NCBI GenBank assembly: GCA_024137785.1
Contig: JAHRHZ010000012.1
Coordinates: 68,234,101-68,298,100 of the forward strand
DNA from: Ginglymostoma cirratum
Taxonomy: Eukaryota
Length of the DNA: 64,000 nucleotides
Reading direction: 5' to 3'
A program made the translations under genes and the position numbers. Shown here one piece after another: positions 61,657-64,000 of this stretch (within the stretch, counting starts at the first letter, position 1; the number at the start of each line of letters is the position of its first letter). The notes under the pieces were generated by a model that worked only from the letters and a program-made list of their open reading frames with translations, made no database searches and was not told where the DNA came from.

Positions 61657-62900
61657 ATGCAAGAGAAAATTAGCACCACCGCACCCCCATCTTTGCGACT
61701 GGATGACCTGCTTGATGGAGAGGTGCATTGGAGGGGCATCCTCTTACCCAGGTCTTGCAGAAGAGTCCACACCATCCAACCCTGCCAGATCAGGCCAAGG
61801 TCACAACCAGTGTGGTCACCACTGTTTGTAAGAATGCACAACAGTGCTGTAAGACGGTCCATGATTTTCTCTGCTCTGCTAGAGTAAGTGCCACCACTTT
61901 CTCTCTACTACCCCCTTTTACTGTATTGCTGCTTCCTCCCACCTCTCATCAAAGCTTATGTTCTACGATTGTCCCTGTTGTGTGTAACATCTTCCCTCAC
62001 TCGCTCTCTTCCACAATCAACCTCCACAATACTAACCCTGCATACCCTCTTCCCTGCCCATTCATTCATTTAGCACATTTCACCAACCTTCCCCTCACCT
62101 ACACCAGTCCTAACAGCTCTGCCACCCACTTCTATCTCACCCAGTCCCTCTTTTTCTCTCAGTCTAGGAGAAGATTCTCACATATGGCAGAAAGAGCCTG
62201 GATTTGTGGTGAGTACCCATGGCCGAGATATGCATGTTCTAGCAACAGAGAAAGTACCATTCTTAATTGCACTCTCACAGTAACCTGACTGTCACGGTCA
62301 TTCATTGCGCACAACTTATAACCCTTGACCTTCTGTCTTTTGTGTCTTGCAGGTTCAAGCAGGGTTGATTGGTCTCACTGCAAGAGTGGGCCTCCAGCAC
62401 TTCTCAGGGGGCAAGTTTAGAAGCCACAGAGGCAACGTCAGTAAGGCTACCTTCAGCGTCACCACCGACTCAGAAACTGATATCTCAGTTTGGATAGATT
62501 AGAATCAGGAGCTGGTGAGCACACCACTGCTATATCTCCACAGCTGGCTGAGGAAGAAACACTACAGGTCTCTGGCATCTGGAGGACTGCCAGAGACCAG
62601 GCAGCCCCTCAGCCTTGTGCAAGAGAGGACCCTGTGGCGTTAGCTATCAGAGACTTCATGCACAAACAGACTGATGAGCAGCAGGCACATATGTGGGAGG
62701 CAGTGGTCCTCATAATCCAGAGGCTGCAGGACTGCAGCTAAGCAATGGGGACCCAGCTTCTACAAGCAGGTGATTATCTGGCTGCCTTCATGGATAGGTT
62801 GGTGCCTCTCATGGAGAGCCACATCCAACAGTCTCGAGAGCTGCTGGATATGTGAGTAGACCTGCACTCAATTACCTTAACTACTCGACCTCAGCAGCAA
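61657..62900 (+). pseudogene. Harbinger-type Myb/SANT-like DNA-binding protein gene remnant with introns
   Basis: LDDLLDGEVHWRGILLP, frameshift, then KNAQQCCKTVHDFLCSAR|gtaagt (donor at 61884). Pyrimidine-rich intron, acceptor near 62167, second acceptor ttgtgtcttgcag at 62352. Confidence 0.65.
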
Positions 62901-63384
62901 TGGCAAAGCAAAAGGGAGGGGTGGAGCCACCTTGTCCTCAAGCCTGTTGTCTTGTCCTCACAAGGAGACAGGATGGTGCCAGTAACCTGTCATCCCCAAT
63001 CTCCATGAAAAGGTTCTTCACTCTGTTGCCCATAACAGTGGCCCCCAGTTCTGTCCTCACTCCCATTACCACTTTCTTTTATTGGATGGACACTATCAAC
63101 TGACTGTGAACAATCCCTTGAGTGACCTAAGAGGACAGCACCAGACCCCCAAACAACTCCCTGACAGGGCTACCTCCTGTACGAGCCACTAAAGAGGCAC
63201 AGGGCTAACTGTGACCTATTCTGTGGACTGCAGAGGTCTGAATCACGGGACCAACCAAGAGTACTCTGACTGGACATCTGACTGTGGCTGAGTTCCAAAT
63301 GTTCCTGTTCCCTGTTCCAAATGTGGAAGCTCCTCTTGACTTCTTGTGCTGGGATTCCCTGACTAACGGGTGCCTCCATGGACT

Positions 63385-63800
63385 TCATTGGGGACCACTC
63401 CCGTTAGCCTTTGAAAAATAGACATTCACTGGCAGCAGATACAATGTGTTTGCAGTGTAAGCTGCTGGCACATGGTACAGGTATGAGATTGATGTAGCCA
63501 TATGCCAGTTCCAACATGTGAGCTGGCTGCCTAGTCCTATGTGTAAGGTGTCCTTGCAGTAGCATTTCAAAGCTAGTTTCCGGTATGCCCTGAATTGCAG
63601 CTTTAAACTGCAGATGCTTTCTACAAGTGGATCAGAGAAGGGCTGTGAGGATCCTGAAAGCCTGGCAGTGCTGGATGAATATATGGTGAATGTGGCCATT
63701 GCCTTTGGAGTGTGCCTTAACATATGGTTGCCAGCTGTGCGATATAGTGTACCAGAGAAGTAAGCAATGGGCAGAAGTTGCCCGGTACCCATTCATGTCA
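63385..63800 (-). mobile_element. Possible Harbinger transposase C-terminal remnant
   Basis: ORF 63385-63792(-) LVESICSLKLQFR..C..TLH resembles the family motif (I/V)E..IG.LK.RFR..C..LHN; lies convergent with the Myb remnant. Confidence 0.4.
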
Positions 63801-64000
63801 GGAATAGTCAATGTCTAGTTTCCTCATGGCAGCTGGTGGAGCAAGAAGCTGCATCTAATGGGGTAAAATCTGTTGTGAATGAGTCTGTTAACAAGCAATA
63901 ATTCACCTTAATTGACATCTTGCTGATCTCCACCAAAAGTCTTGTATCAACGCATGGAAATTTGTTTGAATATGCAACAACTTGCTCCTGATGTCGAGAA

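Overview
Eukaryotic, almost certainly cartilaginous-fish (shark) genomic DNA, inferred from the repeat complement: HE1-type V-SINEs, SacSINE1-type DeuSINEs and abundant CR1/HER1 LINEs. The window is intergenic or deep-intronic, with a 400-N gap at 48914-49313. I can support no intact host gene; every recognisable ORF is a decayed transposon fragment. Content: many CR1 fragments including one near-full-length copy (53650-58021), L2 and Tx1 fragments, two Gypsy remnants, three solo LTRs, PIF/Harbinger transposase and Myb remnants, and three SINE families. The most structured signal is about a dozen short Penelope-like (PLE) insertions in two families that carry minimal type I hammerhead ribozyme motifs (intact cores at 23546, 27200 and 39012). 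They show 14-20 bp target-site duplications, recurrent fixed boundaries, a shared 3' stem-loop, and one case of a palindromic copy inserted into the hammerhead core of another (43255-43666). Also notable are a LINE whose 5' end is a tRNA-SINE head, one antigen-receptor J-segment look-alike (speculative), and TE-free AT-rich islands. Boundaries of old repeats are by-eye estimates (tens of bp) and family names are from memory, not from a search.
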